DNA of 64,000 nucleotides from Vicinamibacterales bacterium (lineage in GTDB: Bacteria; Acidobacteriota; Vicinamibacteria; Vicinamibacterales; UBA8438): the NCBI GenBank assembly GCA_963663815.1, contig OY760734.1, one strand, 5' to 3'. Positions 61,582 through 64,000 of the stretch are shown here, piece after piece; the first letter of the stretch is position 1, and each line of letters begins with the position of its first letter. A program made the position numbers and the translations under genes. The notes below the pieces were generated by a model. That model saw only the letters and a list, made by a program, of their open reading frames with translations. It did no database searches and was not told the origin of the DNA.

Positions 61582-62537
61582 GACGGGCGCTCCGACACTC
61601 GGTGGGCGAAGCGTTCGAAACGCTGCCCGGTGGTGGCGAGCAACTCGGGGACGGCGGTGCAGTACCAGTAGGTGTGGGCGACCCCGGTGTGGCCGAGGTA
61701 GGTTGCGAGAGCCAGGATCTTGCGATCCACATCTGCGCCTTCCTGGTGCCAGCGCAGCAGCCGACGAACGACAAAGCTGTGGCGCAGGTCGTGGATGCGC
61801 GGTTGGGACGTACGCCCTTGCGCGGTCCAGCCGAGACGCCGCCTGAGCTTGCGGAACATCCTCTTCACAGCGGTGTGAGTGAGCCGGGGCGAATGCTCGG
61901 TGCGGAAGAAGTACTGAGACCCGGGTGCGGCAAGACACGCGTCACGGCGGTTGGCGTAGCGACGCAGTGCCCGGGTCGTGGTCGGATGGAGCGGGACGAG
62001 CCGGGACTTGCGGAACTTGGTCTCGCGGATGGTCAGGATGCCGTCGGCGAGGTCGGCGTCGTCGGTCGTGAGACGGCAGGCCTCGGACAGCCGCAGGCCG
62101 GTCGACGCCAACAGGGCGAAGAACGCGACATAGGTCGCGGGTCGCAACCCGCCTCGGGGCCGCAAGCAGCGTGCCTTCTGCAGGAGCGCGGCGATCTCCG
62201 CCTCGGTATAGATGTGGGGCGTGGAGCGGCGCGTCGGGATGCGTCCCAGGAGCCCGACCGGCGGCACTTCGGTGGCCGGTTCGACGAGTGCGCGGTACCG
62301 GGCGAACTGCCGCACGATCGTCAGTCGGCGTGCAGCCTGCGCCGGATTGCTTGAGCGTGAGGAGGATCGTGCCCACTGGACCGCGAGCTCGATTGTCACG
62401 GGCCCGCTGTGTCCGACCCGCTCTGCATGGCGGGCGAAGTCCCTCAGGAACCACTCCTGCGATTCGAGGCCGAAGCCCAGTCCGCGGCGCGCGGTGAGGT
62501 ACTCGTCGACCAGATGATGGAAGTTTGGAGGCGTCAT
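61578..62537 (-). CDS. tyrosine recombinase, second of trio (RitB position)
   Basis: ..GLRLSEACRLTTDDADLADGILTI..IHDLRHSFVVRRLLRW..LATYLGHTGVAHTYWY.. Confidence 0.85.
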   Translation of the reverse strand: MTPPNFHHLVDEYLTARRGLGFGLESQEWFLRDFARHAERVGHSGPVTIELAVQWARSSSRSSNPAQAARRLTIVRQFARYRALVEPATEVPPVGLLGRIPTRRSTPHIYTEAEIAALLQKARCLRPRGGLRPATYVAFFALLASTGLRLSEACRLTTDDADLADGILTIRETKFRKSRLVPLHPTTTRALRRYANRRDACLAAPGSQYFFRTEHSPRLTHTAVKRMFRKLRRRLGWTAQGRTSQPRIHDLRHSFVVRRLLRWHQEGADVDRKILALATYLGHTGVAHTYWYCTAVPELLATTGQRFERFAHRVSERPS

Positions 62538-63457
62538 CGGCGCACCTCCGGCCAGGGGAGCGCGACCTCACGCAACCGCGGCAGGTCGAGCTTGGCGTAG
62601 ACCATCGTGGTGTCGAGGCTGCGATGGCCGAGCACGTCAGCGACCTCCTTGAGGCTGGCTCCCGCTCGCACCATGCTGGTGGCGACGGTGTGCCGGAAGA
62701 CGTTGGCGCCGGTGTGCGGCGCGTCGACTGCCGCCCGGCGAACCGCGAATGTCGCGACACGTGACACGGCAGGGCTCGAGAGCGGCTTGCCGCGACGATC
62801 TCCCAGGTGGACGACGAACACCCGGCGTTCGTCGGTCGCCGGACGCTCCCGGCTCAGATAGGCGACCAGCGCCTGCCCCACCACGCGGGGCAGCGGCAGC
62901 ACGGCGCCTCGACGGTTCTTGCGGGTGCGTATCTGCAGGGTGCCGCCGCGCCAGTCGATGTCGTCCAGACACAGGTTGGCGACCTCGCCGGGCCGCAGCC
63001 CCAGGGTCGCCAAGCACTGCACGATTGCCTGGTCGCGATGCCCGCACGGGGTGGAGGCGTCGAACGACGCGAGCACCTGCTTGACCTGTTGCTCGGTCAG
63101 GGAACGAGGGAGCGTCGCAAGCCGCCAATGGGCGACGGTCGGGAGAGCCGCTTCAAGTGCGTCGCCGCAGAATCCCTCGACGCGCAGGAACCGGAAGAAC
63201 GACCGCAACGATGACCGCGCGGTCTGCATCGACGCGGGAGAGAATCGGTGACGCAGCGACGTGATGAACGCCACCACGGCGGCCGGCGTCAGGCGGCTGG
63301 GGTCGATCGGGTCTGCGCCAAGAGTGGCCCGGACGAGCTTCTGGGCGAACCAGGCGCGGATGCGCAACGTGTGAGGGCGCAAGCCGCGCGTACGTCGTTG
63401 GTGGTGGGTGTACTCGTCGACGAGGCGGTCGACGGTCCACGAGCCGTGAACGGTCAT
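62534..63457 (-). CDS. tyrosine recombinase, first of trio (RitA position)
   Basis: ..GLRPGEVANLCLDDIDWRGGTLQI..HVFRHTVATSMVRAGASLKEVADVLGHRSLDTTMVYAK.. Confidence 0.85.
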   Translation of the reverse strand: MTVHGSWTVDRLVDEYTHHQRRTRGLRPHTLRIRAWFAQKLVRATLGADPIDPSRLTPAAVVAFITSLRHRFSPASMQTARSSLRSFFRFLRVEGFCGDALEAALPTVAHWRLATLPRSLTEQQVKQVLASFDASTPCGHRDQAIVQCLATLGLRPGEVANLCLDDIDWRGGTLQIRTRKNRRGAVLPLPRVVGQALVAYLSRERPATDERRVFVVHLGDRRGKPLSSPAVSRVATFAVRRAAVDAPHTGANVFRHTVATSMVRAGASLKEVADVLGHRSLDTTMVYAKLDLPRLREVALPWPEVRR

Positions 63458-63503
63458 GGGCGTGCTCCTTTCCGGCCAATCTGGCCGGATAGAAGCATCC
63501 CAA

Positions 63504-63610
63504 ACTATGCGGAGTACCCCGAACCGGTCAGCTCACGTAACCCTCGTCTTGACAGGTACTTGAGAGCGAACCCTCAACCGACTCCGCATAGTCCCGAACT
63601 CCGCATAGCA
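63504..63610. repeat. right terminal inverted repeat of the RIT element
   Basis: ACTATGCGGAGTACC at the inner end, ACTCCGCATAGTCCCGAACTCCGCATAGCA at the outer end. Confidence 0.75.
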
Positions 63611-64000
63611 GTCAGGCGGTGACCCAAACTGTGTTGTTGTCGCAGTCGTAAGTGTCTATTTTTCAGTAGTTTGAGTTGTGGGGAGCATGGAATCAGGTCC
63701 ACACTAGGCGTGGAAATTGGGTCAAGTCGATGGATTCCACGGTTTGGGTCACTCAGAGGAGAAATCAAGGGCGTTTTTGGTACCTTGAACTCGGGGTTGT
63801 GTGGGTCACGGCGTGCAGGTACGGGAGAGTATCAATTGATATTCCATCTGTGTCTCGATGATAGTGCCTGTGTTCATCCCGACGGCGTTCTGCGCTCTCT
63901 GTACAAGCAACTGGCCCAGTCATGCATGAGCTGGCGTCTGCGTTCGAAACAAGTCGGATCGGGCGTACGCCGTCTCGGTGTGGTTGCGAACGGCGTGGGC

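Larger units (their letters stand above)
60495..63610 (-). mobile_element. recombinase-in-trio (RIT) element: three overlapping tyrosine recombinase genes between long terminal inverted repeats
   Basis: 30-bp perfect IR TGCTATGCGGAGTTCGGGACTATGCGGAGT (60495-60524) and its reverse complement (63581-63610). Subterminal GGTACTCCGCATAGT occurs at both inner ends. Three Y-recombinase ORFs with 4-nt overlaps. Confidence 0.8.

Overview
Visibly very GC-rich bacterial DNA, almost entirely accessory. The left edge holds one chromosomal-looking gene (DUF1445-type hydro-lyase, cut by the window start). It is followed by a 3' fragment of tRNA-Arg(CCG) that abuts a tyrosine integrase, so I read it as one end of a large integrative conjugative element (ICE) or integrated plasmid. 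From left to right the window contains: (1) two toxin-antitoxin pairs; (2) a CI/Cro-like switch with a palindromic operator; (3) a RepA-type initiator with an iteron origin; (4) a block of unknown genes, including three proteins that share an ArdC-like motif; (5) a complete, translationally coupled VirB/VirD4-type T4SS operon (VirB2, B3, B4, two B9 paralogues, B10, two B5/TrbJ-like, B6, B8, VirD4, B11); (6) large unknown proteins, an RHH protein, a methyltransferase and a type IA topoisomerase. After about 40.7 kb the region becomes mosaic. It contains a decayed DDE transposase and two resolvase remnants that bracket a low-GC three-gene cassette (unknown protein, 4-TM protein, DUF2971). It also contains a DUF262/HNH (GmrSD-like) type IV restriction gene sitting inside what looks like a broken DUF559-RecQ-like helicase gene, followed by a Toprim primase/SSB module. 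Further right are a roughly 500-bp array of CGACCC...GGGTCG hairpins in front of a ParB-like gene, a ParA/ParG partition operon with an AT-rich repeat region, and a recombinase-in-trio (RIT) element with roughly 90-110-bp terminal inverted repeats. I found no rRNA, no CRISPR array and no intact tRNA. I could not recognise a relaxase. Many long ORFs in the track are antisense or read-through artefacts of the high GC content. All family calls come from reading motifs by eye and no searches were run.
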